Numbered from the stretch's first letter, positions 26,476-38,734 are shown. The stretch is 64,000 nucleotides of DNA from Octopus sinensis (GCF_006345805.1 NC_043003.1:83080001-83144000); one strand, 5' to 3'. The notes: generated by a model not told the origin, from the sequence alone. A program made the numbers and translations.

Positions 26476-27040
26476 TAGGTGCAGGAGTGGTTGTGTAGTA
26501 AGTAGCTTGCTTACCAACCATATGGTTTCGGGTTCACTTTCAAGAATTCTTGGTGATTTCAATCGCAGTGCTCCAGCATGGGCGCAGTCACTGGACTGAA
26601 ACATATAAAAGAATAAAAGAATATACATATATACATATATATACACATGTAAGTATGTATGTATGTATGTATGTATGTATGTATGCATATAGGGACAGGC
26701 ATGGGTATGTGATAAGTTTGCTTCCCAACCATTTAGTTCTAAGTTCAATCCAAGTGCGTTGGATATTGAGCCGACCAAAGCCCTGTGAGTGGATCTGGAA
26801 GACGAAAACTGAAAGTGATTGTATATATATATAATATATATATATATATATTATATATATATAATATATATATACGACGGGTGTTTTTCAATTTTCGTCT
26901 ACCAAATCCACCCATAACGCTTTGGTCGACCCCAGGCTATACTAGAAGAAACATTTCTTTATCTAGCGTGTAGAGGGCATTTCCCCAAGTTTCCGGACTG
27001 TAGGAATAAACCTGGTACAATGCAGTTGGGAAGGTAGGTT
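26476..27040. mobile_element. Cluster of family B SINE pieces (deleted + copy, + 5' half, - 5' half)
   Basis: 26476-26615 is a head fused to the tail. About 26690-26825 is a + strand 5' half and about 26872-27040 a - strand 5' half, joined by (TA)n. Confidence 0.75.
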
Positions 27041-27044
27041 CTTA

Positions 27045-27250
27045 TTTATTTATTGCCCACAAGGGGATAAACATAGAGAGGACAAACAAGGACAGACAAA
27101 GGGATTAAGTCGATTACATTGCCCCCAGTGCGTAACTGGTACTTAATTTATCGACCCCGAAAGGATGAAAGGCAAAGTCGAGCTCGGCAGAATTTGAACT
27201 CTAAACGTAAAGACAAACGAAATACCGCTAAGCGTTTCGCTCAGCGTGTT
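27045..27250 (-). mobile_element. Family A SINE (young tail)
   Basis: GCCCACAAGGGGATAAACATAGAGAGGACAAACAAGGACAGAC..GAAAGGATGAAAGGCAAAGTCGA. Confidence 0.9.
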
Positions 27251-27284
27251 AAGAAGTAAGCCCCTTGCCACGCAGCCAGATTTG

Positions 27285-27287
<3 letters not shown>

Positions 27288-27341
<54 letters not shown>

Positions 27342-27446
27342 ATTTATATATATATATATACACAAATATATATTTATACATATATATATATATGTATATA
27401 CATATATGTATGTATATATATATATATATATATATTGGAAGGTTTC

Positions 27447-27490
<44 letters not shown>

Positions 27491-27746
27491 TATATAACAT
27501 ATCTATTACACACACGCAGGGACGCGCGCGCACACACACACACACATACATATATTAATATATATATATGTATATATGCATAGTTATCATGCATGTACAT
27601 ACAATCTCGGACATGTATGCGTTTGTGTGTCTGTATGTGTGCGTGTGTGTTTGTTTGTGTGTGTGTGTGTGTATAAGCAGATGAGCAGGCGCACATATAT
27701 AATACAAATGTATGTATACTTACAAACACACTTACAAACGTAAATA

Positions 27747-27786
<40 letters not shown>

Positions 27787-27790
27787 TATA
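27288..27790. repeat. (CT)n/(TA)n/(CA)n/(TG)n microsatellite cluster
   Basis: Directly visible. Confidence 0.93.
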
Positions 27791-29830
27791 TATGAATTAT
27801 CTAGTTATCTTTATTATCATAAAAGACCCAGTGGTAAAATACAGCGAGTTTCTTATACAATAATTGAAACAGAGATGCCATCTAGAGATGTCCCAATATA
27901 TTACCAGCATTGATATAATGTCTATTCCACTATCTTGTTTATCTTCTCTTCAGTATTACTATAACTGCTGCCGCTGTAGCTACAGCTATCACCAAGCCAG
28001 ACACTACAATTCTTAATATTGTTACTGCCTGATAGTGTTAGAAATGATGCTGTGTTGCATTGCAGATTATGCAAGTAGTGATAGTATTATAGAGTTGTAC
28101 TGTAGGTGCCTTTTAATGCAACTGTTGCTGCGATTAAGCGGATGGAAGACAATTCACCCATGACCATGGTATCGATATTTTTGAGTTGCATATATCGAAC
28201 CGAGTTTCGTAATTTATTTTCAAGTTTTCAAGAAAGAGTGAAACAGACTGGTATTTCTAGCAGGTCAAGCTACTAGATCTATTTTTGTTCAGGAGTAATT
28301 AATAGTGCTGGATGTGATAGTAATTGTAATTTTCATGGTGTTGGTCTTGGGTGTGATGGTGATCGTAGTGGTGGTAGTGTTGGTGCTGTTTCTGGTGGCG
28401 GGGGGGGGGAAGAGGTGAGAGGATGAAAGTTTTTTTCTAGCAATCATGTTGGAAGTAGACCTTGCTATTGTGATAGATACTGCTTTCATTGGATTGTTAA
28501 TATTGGTAGTGGCCATAGTGTTTTGGTTGCGGTGGGGTGGGGTGGAGACGGCGGTGGTGGTGGTGGTGGTGGTAGTAGTAGTTAGTTTTGGTGACGGTTT
28601 ACTTGTAGGCGATGTAGGTTTTGGCGTTGATAATAGAGGGTTGCCTTTTTGACAATGGTTTTGTTGGTTAGAGTCATGGTAGGGTGGAGGCGATGTTTTC
28701 CTTGATGGTGCTTTTCGTGGTGGCGAGCGGTGATTATTGGATTATGGTGGTCGTCATCCTCTTTGTGTCGGTAGCATTACGGATGGTTTTGACGCTGATG
28801 GTGTATGCTACGGCAAGGATCACTGTTGATGCAGGGACTGATAAACCCTATTGTTTTCCATAGTAATGATGATCATGATGACGATGACGACGACGTTGAT
28901 GGAGGAGTCGGAGCGGGAGGTGGAAGAGAAGATGTTGATGATATATATGGTGGATATACATTGCAATGTTGGCCCAAGTGCCATCTCAATTTTGTTTCAG
29001 TCATACTATATATAATGCTGCATTATCCACAGGGTCTCGCCATATTTAAGGAGGGTTATATTTTAAGCGAAAACTAGTTGCTGTTTCCAGCAGATTCAGC
29101 GATTAATCCGAAAGCTCTCTCTGTGAGTCATAGTAATGATGATAGCGGAGCAAATTATGACGGTGACTGTGGAAGTTCTAGCCGGTTATTATGTTGCCGT
29201 CTATAAGGTTAAATTTAACATAATTACGTACCAATACATACTTCATTGACAGTAGAGAGAGACAGAGACGGGCTTGTATAGCCAAATTTGCGATGGGCTT
29301 GTATAGGTAAATTTGCAAAGTCGAGGTGTCCTTTTTCTCACCAAATAACGGGACTGAAAGAAAAATGTATAATGGAATGTGCGCAAGTTATTCAAAACGA
29401 TAGGTCGTCCACCAGACTTCTATCAAGCATGTAGACAAACAGCAGTATAAAGCTAGTAAGTTATATCTAAGACACGCCTCAAGTGGAGCATTTTAGGACA
29501 AGCCTCTAGTGGAACATTTTAGTGAGATCTTAGAGATTAACTAGTTAAAAAGTTCAGAGTGTGACTAGCTGAAAGAAATATATATTCATATTAGATCGAA
29601 CTACTACACGAACCTCATAGTTGTTGCAAGAGGTATGCATGTCCACAAGTTTCCTTTATCGAACTGGAGTAGACACACAGTTTAAGTTACATAAGCCTTA
29701 CCCCTATTCGGCTACACCTAACAGGTATAGTTATCTTTTAGATGCAAACATTCAACATCAGTAATATTTGGGCTATATATATATATAGGTGAGAAAGTTG
29801 GTGTGTGAAAGCACGTGGTTGAATATATAG

Positions 29831-30273
29831 AAAATAGTAAAATGTGAAAAAAACTACAGAAGGCTTGTTTTAAAAGGTTAAAAAATATATATTTGAGTCA
29901 TTATGTCAGAAGAATGTTATAAATTTTTTTCATACAGTGACATAGTTTTTGAAGAAATTACCGGTTTCGTGTTTAACTTATCAAATTTCTCAAAACATCG
30001 TTAGGCAAGAAATATAAAGCGATTATCTCCCTTACACCGGAAGAAATCACTTATTACCTCCCCTTACCTGGAACTCTTCTTTACACTTCTTAACGAAATC
30101 ATAACGATGTTTTGAGAAATTTGAAAAGTTAAACACGAAACCGGTAATTTCTTCAAAAACTATGTCACTGTATGAAAAAAAATTATAACATTCTTCTGAC
30201 ATAATGACTCAAATATATATGTTTTAACCTTTTAAAACAAGCCTTCTGTAGTTTTTTCACTTTTTACTATTTT
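29831..30273. mobile_element. Foldback/MITE-like element with ~173-bp inverted arms
   Basis: Arms at 29831-30003 and 30102-30273 are near-perfect reverse complements around a 98-bp spacer, in TA-rich flanks. Confidence 0.88.
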
Positions 30274-30856
30274 ATATATATATATTATATATATATATAA
30301 TATATATACATATGTGTGTGTGCATGGTCATAACCACGTGCACTCACTAAGACGAACATATGGATGTCTTTTCAACGTTCTCGCACACCTAGTTTCGTAG
30401 TTTCGTTACTCCTGTTCTCTTTCTTTATTCTCTCTCGCAAGCACTCTCTTTAAGTATCTACTAAATCCTCTTTCTCATATTTAAGTCTGCATCTGTCTAA
30501 CTCGTATTAGTATCTCTAAATATTAATTTATTTATCAATATATTTATCAATTAAACCAATTCCGTCTTTCTCACTAGCTGCCTATTATTTCCACTTCCTA
30601 TGGGAATATGTCTTATCTTTTATTCGGTACAATTTTCACCGAATTCTCACATTGATTGTTTGTATTTTTACTTTTATTATATATTTCGCTATTTTTCTTC
30701 ATTTTTTTATTTTCATTTCTGTATACTGTCTACAAATCTGACACCTAGAAATACTTTAGAATAAACATAGAATTGTATACCAAAATGAATATTTGTGTAT
30801 GTAATTATATGTATGTGAATATATCATGTACCGTATGTATGAAATTATATATATTG

Positions 30857-30897
<41 letters not shown>

Positions 30898-31779
30898 TAT
30901 GTATATAGAAATATATATATATTCATGTATGTATGCATCTATATATAGAAAGAGGAGAGACAGACAGCTCTAACATACCTATATACATAGATGCCTAGAT
31001 ATATGCATATAGATATAATGTATATACATATAAACATGTGTGTACATGTGTGTGTGAGTGTGTGTGTGTGTGTGAGTGCGTCTGTGTTCAGAGAAACGAA
31101 TGTGTAAAGACAAATGTGTTGAGATTTCATTCCAAATGTGAATATAATCTTTTCTACTTTAGGCACAAGCCAAAATTTTTTGTAGGGCAATGTTTTTGAG
31201 AGGGATAAAAGGCAAAGTCGACCTCGGCGGAATTTGAACTCAGAACATAAATGGACTAAAATACACTACTGTTCTCTATACGTATTAAATAGAAATTTCG
31301 TTGGTTGCCGAAATTGAGATCATTTAAGAGAATCCAGATATTTTGGCTCAATTTTGAATATTTACATACACACACACACACACACACACGCGTTAGCTTC
31401 AAAGATATACACACGTCCATACGCATAATCACACATATACACACGTCCATCCACGCGTGCACACACACACACACAAATTCACCACATCACTCCACGCAAC
31501 ACATCAACAAGGTTGCCTGTACACTTGCACACCCATGCCAATGCGTTTGCATACACACTCGTGATAACCGCACGCAGACGTACACTCGTTCATACGCGCT
31601 CACACATACATACCAGCACATTGAATGAATATCACTCCACATAACGTACGCACGGGTCACTTAAACACATACACACACACAGGTCACATATTTTTCAGCT
31701 CTCCTACACATACATAATCATGCATTTGCCTCCATTCATAAATACACACACACCATTCTCACATGCAAACACGTGCTTC

Positions 31780-32040
31780 AGCCAATTCGTTCAGCCGGGT
31801 CGCCCTTATTACCTTTCATCCAGCCTCTTTCTTCTGACCCTTTCATCATTAAGCCCTACAAATTTTTTGTCTCTCCATTTCTTGTCATTCTCTCTCCTTC
31901 ATTTCATTTTAATCCATTCTGTGGCAGAGCGCAGGCTCGAGACATAAAAACCTTTTGCATGTTTCCCAAACGTTAAACTAATGTACCTGCTTGTTGTTCC
32001 TTCACCGATCTTCGTCTTTTCTTTTCTGTAAATTTGAACT
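31780..32040 (+). repeat. Possible Penelope-like pseudo-LTR fragment
   Basis: Pyrimidine-rich stretch followed by GAGC-GCAG-GCTC-GAGAC, a hammerhead stem-II-like motif. Assignment is from recall. Confidence 0.35.
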
Positions 32041-32485
32041 ACGTGTGTGTGTGTGTTTGTGTGTGTGTATGTGTGTGTGTGTGTGTGTGTTTGTGTGTGT
32101 ATTGATTCCCATTTCTCACTTAACTACCTCCTTATATTTTTCTGATTCAATAACTGTATTCACTTAAATAGTACTTGCGTCCGGCTCTACACTGAGGAAA
32201 TCCATTTCAGATCAAAATACGTATATACGTCTACATAATTTCATAAGTACAAACTGAATGAATAAAATGTACTTCTGTCGCTTCATTATTTATAACCTTC
32301 AAGGAATTACGTAAGAGAATGACTCCCCTCTCGCAAAGAAGTAGAACAGATGAGTCGGTCAAATTGTCCCTTTTAGGTAAAAGATCCCCAGATATCTATT
32401 CATCATCATTTTCTAAAACACTGAAACATAACGCAATCAATAAACATATCATTCGACTAATATAATATAGACATGGACAGACAAG

Positions 32486-32572
<87 letters not shown>

Positions 32573-32579
32573 GCAGATA

Positions 32580-32836
32580 TGTTTCTTTATTAGCCATACA
32601 GGGTTGAACAAAGACGGGGCAAATTACAAAGTAGAGCTTTTCTTTTGGGAGAGAAAATAAACGTGGGGTAGGTTTTCGATCAAAAAGGATCATAAAAAGG
32701 AAAGAAAATAGGGATCGTGTATCACAGAAATGTTATGATATAAAGTGTAAAGGGGGAAACAGATGATATTTATCCGTGGAAAGAAAAGCCTACCGAAAAG
32801 ACCACGGTAACTTCGGTCAATAATGTCACATGTTAA
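32580..32836 (-). mobile_element. LINE-like 3' end, copy 1, inside a (GATA)n array
   Basis: The minus strand ends in AATAAAGAAAC + (CTAT)n. Homologous to 32899-33237. No ORF is present, so the clade is unassigned (L1/Tx1-like suspected). Confidence 0.7.
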
Positions 32837-32839
32837 CAC

Positions 32840-32898
<59 letters not shown>

Positions 32899-32899
<1 letters not shown>

Positions 32900-33237
32900 G
32901 TTTCTTTATTGGCCACACAGGGCTGCACACAGATGGGACAAGTTACAAGGTAGAGCTTTTCTTTTGGGGGATGAAGAGAACAAAAAACAAAAGAAAAAAA
33001 AAGGAGTGGCGTAGGTTTTCGATCAAGAGGGATCGTAAAAGGGAAGAAAAGAACAAAAACAAAAAAAATTGAATAAAATAAAAAGAATAAAAAGAGAAAG
33101 AAAAAAAAGAAAAGGAAAAGGAACAAAAGGAAAGAGAAATGAAAAAAGAAGAAAAAAGGGGGGAAAAAAGGGGAAGAGGAAAAAAAGAACGATCAATAGG
33201 GATCGTGTATCACAGTGTTATGATATATGGTGTAAAG
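32899..33237 (-). mobile_element. LINE-like 3' end, copy 2, inside a (GATA)n array
   Basis: Shares GTAGAGCTTTTCTTTTGGG, GTAGGTTTTCGATCAA and AATAGGGATCGTGTATCACAG with copy 1. (GATA)n lies on both sides. Confidence 0.7.
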
Positions 33238-33332
<95 letters not shown>

Positions 33333-33577
33333 GTAGACATTCGATTTTAGCATGAAACCAGAATATAAAGCGAATTTTCATAATTACCGTATAGTAAAAA
33401 TATAATCCGTCGTGTTTTTTTTTTTTAAATCTATAATTCTTTAAATCAGTTTTATATCATTGTTCCACGGCTAATTCGAATGATCACTCAATACCAAATC
33501 TCTGATCACAGAATATATTACATATCCTTTGTGTTCATTCTGATACATTTTGTGGCGCTAAAGACCATCACGTAACC

Positions 33578-33807
33578 TATTTCTTTATTACCCACAAGGG
33601 GCTAAACACAGAGGGGACAAACAAGGACAGACATAGGTATTAAGTCGATTCCATCGACCCCAGTGCGTAACTGGTACTTAATTTATCGACCCGAAAGAAT
33701 GAAAGGTAATGTCGACCTCGGCGGAATTTGAACTCACAACGTAACGCAGACGAAATACCGCTAAGCATTTCGCCCGGCGTGCTAACGTTTCTGCCAGCTC
33801 GCCGCCT
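33578..33807 (-). mobile_element. Full-length family A SINE (young tail) with 10-bp TSD
   Basis: TCACGTAACC at 33568-33577 and 33808-33817. Close to identical to 1314-1537. Confidence 0.95.
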
Positions 33808-36375
33808 TCACGTAACCGCTTAATCTCTCAGTTGCCTTTATTTATTGCAGGAAGTATTGTTGATATGTAACTGATTGTTGAAACAAAATGTTGGGATGTA
33901 TTTAAATACATCCTAACAATGTGAATTACGTCCAAATCTACAAGTCGATAAATATTATTGACACACATGTATATCATTCTGACTTAATTGGAAACGTGTC
34001 AGTGAAACTTTCGTTATAAATATCGATTAATGAAATTTAAGTCAAAGAATTTTATCTCGCACTGAAGTAATTCGTTAAATAATCCAGAAAATGAATAAGG
34101 AAAAGTTGAACATTTTTCTATAATATATGGAATTAAAAAAAAGTACTATCTAATGAGTTAATCTTCATCTAATGCCTCATTAAAATTTTTAATATTATTT
34201 TAGATTTCTACTTTTTGATTTTTACAAATCGACTCTTAACAAGATTTCAAAATTTGGTTACTTTATATTGTAAACTATCGTTTAAATTATTACCTTACGA
34301 GTCTACTAATACATATAATCTTTCTAAATTTGATTATATTTATAAATTATCAGTTTATTGATAGATACGTCTCTGCATGTAACAGTACCGAATCATAGAT
34401 TACTCTATTGATCTTGTAGATGAAAGAACTAGAGGATATTTAATGAAGAATAAATTGGATTCTTGTTATACTCGTCGGCTCCATAGGGGCATAATCAGCT
34501 TTGAATAGTATAGAAACACATATTAATGATTCATTGCGTAGGTGATTAACATAATTCCTTGTATGATATGAGATTCAAAATTGAAATTTAGGACATTGCC
34601 TTTCATTGGAAAAGATATATCTAAAATGTTATAGTTTACTACATCTTAAAGCGCCGTCACAACCATCCTCCAAACGAATTCAATGCAATCAGGATGTACA
34701 TCCACTACAATTCCGAGGCTTATCCCTCTTTATATTCACTTTATTTTCAGATGATATGTTGCTGAATCAATTACGAAAACATAGTCTGTTCGCACAATCT
34801 TTGTTTCTAAACATTCTCACCATGTAACATATGAACCAAATGAGGAGGATTATAAGATGATAATATGCTTATTTCACCTTACGCTATTGAATACTTATGC
34901 AAAAGAAAAGTATTTTAATGAAATATTCAAACTAAACAAGGAAAGCGACTAAGGAGAAACAGTAGATGAATATATAAATTATTGACAAAGGTATTAAGGG
35001 TCCATGCATTTCACTATGTTTTCGATAAATATGCAACGTCCACATGCCATTTGAAAATATAGAATGTTATTGTTTTATCCCCAAGTCACACATATCGAAT
35101 AGATATGGGATGGAATATATTCTAATGATGACAATTTCATTCATTAATATATCAATGTCTGCATGTGAATGTTTTGTTTTTGTTTGTATTTTGTCAGATG
35201 TTAGGCCTTCCTTTTGTAGCGCATCGAGTAACAGCATAGAGTGGCTTCACAAAGGAACCACTCATCTCAGTTCTTAACTTTAACTAGATTTAAATTTTCA
35301 ACTTTGTGCTTTACTTTTAAGACTATTGTAGGTGATGGTGAAAAAGCTATTTTACGTGAAAGATACTGATGAGTTTATACTATAGAAATAGGACATTTAC
35401 TTAAGCATGATTATAATGAGTGGTGTAATGGTAATGGTTCTATCATGGCTTGATGTGACGTACTACAATACATGAAACTTACTACAGTAAAATGAATGTT
35501 TTAACGGTTCTGTAATCAAGAGGCGGGACATGGCCCATTATAAAGCCTCGGAAACCTGTGAAAGGATGGGTGGTAGGAAGATATCCACCTACCAGAAGCT
35601 TAGTTCGAATACCTACAACACCGTGGGGTCTGCTAAATCAAATTGGCAAGGTGAGGCATTAAGACTACCAACAAAGGAGGCTGCACAAACGCCGTACGGT
35701 TTCTAATCCGACATCCATGCATATAGGATAAAAAGCAATGTTGACCACTTGCAGTATTTGCCTAAAATCCTTCGTAACTCGCAGGAGTTGAACTGACATT
35801 CTTTGAATAAAGATGCAGATAAAATTTCCAACGACTCGTGGAAAAATGACAAAATGGATTATTGAACTGGCAAGCAATAATACAAAAAGACATGGTGTGC
35901 GTGTGGGTGTGAGTGTAAGTATGTGCTGTATATCCACATCTTTCTTTGAACACTAGCACAAATGTACATTAAATTATTGTTGTTTTCAAAATAATAAACA
36001 TTTTTGGTCTCACTAGGCATAGGTCAATTTCATGCAAATAAAATAATGCTTCAACACTTTGGGATTTAATGTTCTTCTATAATTAGATATCTGTATATAA
36101 TTTCACAATCACATCAGTACATACGGAAAATTGAAATTATATGATAAATACGTTTATTATTTTTTCTGTCAGGTAAATGCTGTCAAAGGTGTGACAGTTT
36201 CCCCTTGGCAAATAAACAAACGAAACAGAAATTCAGGATATTTCTGTACATCCATTGTTTAATGTTATTCATGTTCTATCTATGAATATATAAATAGAAA
36301 CTATTGACAATAGCATATATTCTTCACTGATAATTGTATGCATATGTACACATACAGTCACAGGGACACAGAAAT

Positions 36376-36498
<123 letters not shown>

Positions 36499-37404
36499 AG
36501 AGATAGACAGAAAGAGACGGAGATGAATATATGTATGTGTATTATGTGTGTTAGTGTGTGTGTGTGCGCATGTGCGTGCGTTCCAAAATACATTTTGGCA
36601 TTTTATATAGGATTGATGTTTTGTTTTTTTTAATATCCTTTTTTATAGTGACTTGGAAAAGAATCGATTACCTAAGAGTATTTATGCAGTCAGAAGACAA
36701 ATTTTCCCCCGCAAGGTTGCTCAAGATGTATAACCCAAAACAAGCCAGTGGGATGTATATGATAAAATCAATTTATTGAAAATCTTTTATAATGTGAAAA
36801 CGATTCATTTGGGAGTAGATCTTATCCATGAAAACCAACATGGGGTTTGCTTTCAAGAAATACAGTTTTAAGAAAAACTTGTTCTATAAAATATATTTTA
36901 CAAAGCTGGCTTATCGTAAAAATGTTTAGAATATATAGAAATTGGGGGACGGTAGTTACCCTAGGTAGAAATACGAACTATATGGACAAAAGAAAAATAT
37001 CTGAGGGACGCCTTCTGCGTGCTAAATAGAACTGCTATAGCGAATCCCGTATATAAGATAGAAAGATGAAAATGATCACTGAATTACAATATTTGACATA
37101 GGTTCCCTCTAGTAGTGTTTAAGATCCAAAAATCACGACAGAAAGGAGACAAGCCAATAAAATCAATTACTGGAAATATTTCAAAATAAATTCGATGCAG
37201 ATGAAATTAGAGCTTGTCTTCAAAGGTAACGGAAGAAAGTCTACCTGTATGACTACCATTAAGTTTGAGCAGTTTAGTATATGGTATAAGTATTTTGTAT
37301 AAGTGTAAGCGTTGAGTTTACGGTATAAGTGTTTAGCATATTCTGTATGTTTACTATAATTTGTATTTTGTTGTGTTCAGTAATACGTTCTGAATGTTTA
37401 CATA

Positions 37405-37858
37405 GGCGCAGGAGTGGCTGTGTGGTAAGTAGCTTGCTTACGAACCACATGGTTCCGGTTTCGGTCCCACTGCGTGGCACCTTGGGCAAGTGTCTTCTAC
37501 TATAGCCTCGGGCCGACCAAAGCCTTGTGAGTAGATTTGGTAGACGGAAACTGAAAGAAGCCCGTCGTATATATGTATATATATGTATATGTATACATAT
37601 ATATATGTATATGTATACATATATATATATATATGCTTGTGTGTCTATGATTGCACCACCCCCCACTATCGCTTGACATCCGATGGTGGTGTGTTTATGT
37701 CTCCGTTAGTTAGCGGTTCTGCAAAAGAGACCGATAGAATAAGTACTAGGCTTACAAAGAATATGTCCTGGGGTCGATTTGCCCGACTAAAGGCGGTGCT
37801 CCAGCATGGCCGCAGTCAAATGACTGAAACAAGTAAAAGAGTAAAAGAGTAAAGAGTA
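37405..37858 (+). mobile_element. Full-length family B SINE
   Basis: GGCGCAGGAGTGGCTGTGTGGTAAGTAGC head (box A), GGTTTCGGTCCC (box B-like), core ACCTTGGGCAAGTGTCTT, internal microsatellite, (AAAGAGT)n tail. Confidence 0.93.
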
Positions 37859-37954
37859 TATGCTATGAGGGATAAAAAGAAGTTTCTTCTGGTATTGGTA
37901 GAGTGGGTAATCCTTTATAGATTTTCTTTTGTTTTAATATTGCTGTTTAATTAA

Positions 37955-38160
37955 AGGCGGCAAACTGGGAAAATCTTCAGCATGTCGGGCAAAATGCTTG
38001 ACTGCTTTTCTGAAGTTTTTAGGTTCGCTGTTAACTTTGCTTTTCATCCTTTTGAAGTCGATAAAATAACTTCCAGTTGCGGACAGAGGTCGAAATTATT
38101 GACTTAAACTCCCCACGCTCCGAAATACCTGGCCTTCTCCCAATATTTGGAACCAATTCG
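37955..38160 (+). mobile_element. Diverged family A SINE
   Basis: GGCGGCAAACTGGGAAAATC..CTTTTCATCCTTTTGAAGTCGATAAAATAAC. Confidence 0.75.
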
Positions 38161-38509
38161 CTCTTTAATTCGTCGGGAAATGTCAGTAGTTTATTAAGTA
38201 TTATTTAATAAATGCTTATGAATTAAAGATTTATGAGTATTTTCTTTTAACTGTGGAATATAAACTTCTGAGTTTCCTATACCCTGACTAGTTGTGTCTA
38301 ATTTAATTCAGGCTTTTATTTTATATTTTGTCGTGTGGATTTATATATTTATATTTTCGATACTGCTTTCTTTTTGTTTTCCTCCGCCTAAATAAAATAC
38401 ATGATAAGAAAACATCAGTAACAGAAATACCTCATATACAACATACTCCACAAAATAGCGGGGAAATGATGGAAGCAACGTAAACGGGACAACAATGTGT
38501 TATAAATTA

Positions 38510-38734
38510 TTGGGTTGTCCGGAAAGTTCTTGCCGATTTTTAAAGGAAAGAAAAGGTCAATAAATACTTGCCATTACATTTTTAATCAACGAAATATGAA
38601 CCACTTTGTTGCACAATGCGTCTCCATCTTTCCCTTAACTTGAAAATACCCTCTTCCTAGAATTGAGGTGCCTGGGAGGGTAATTCGAAGGGTCAGCTAC
38701 TATAAAATCGGCACGAACTTTCCAGACAACCCAA
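38510..38734 (-). mobile_element. 225-bp mariner deletion derivative (MITE-like), same family as 63008-63527
   Basis: TIRs TTGGGTTGTCCGGAAAGTTC and GAACTTTCCAGACAACCCAA with TA on both sides. The interior matches the 3' end of 63008-63527. Confidence 0.93.

Noticed and set aside
36173-36200. GKCCQRCD after a strong acceptor (VWC-like)
   Set aside because: No good donor in frame and no upstream VWC exons found.
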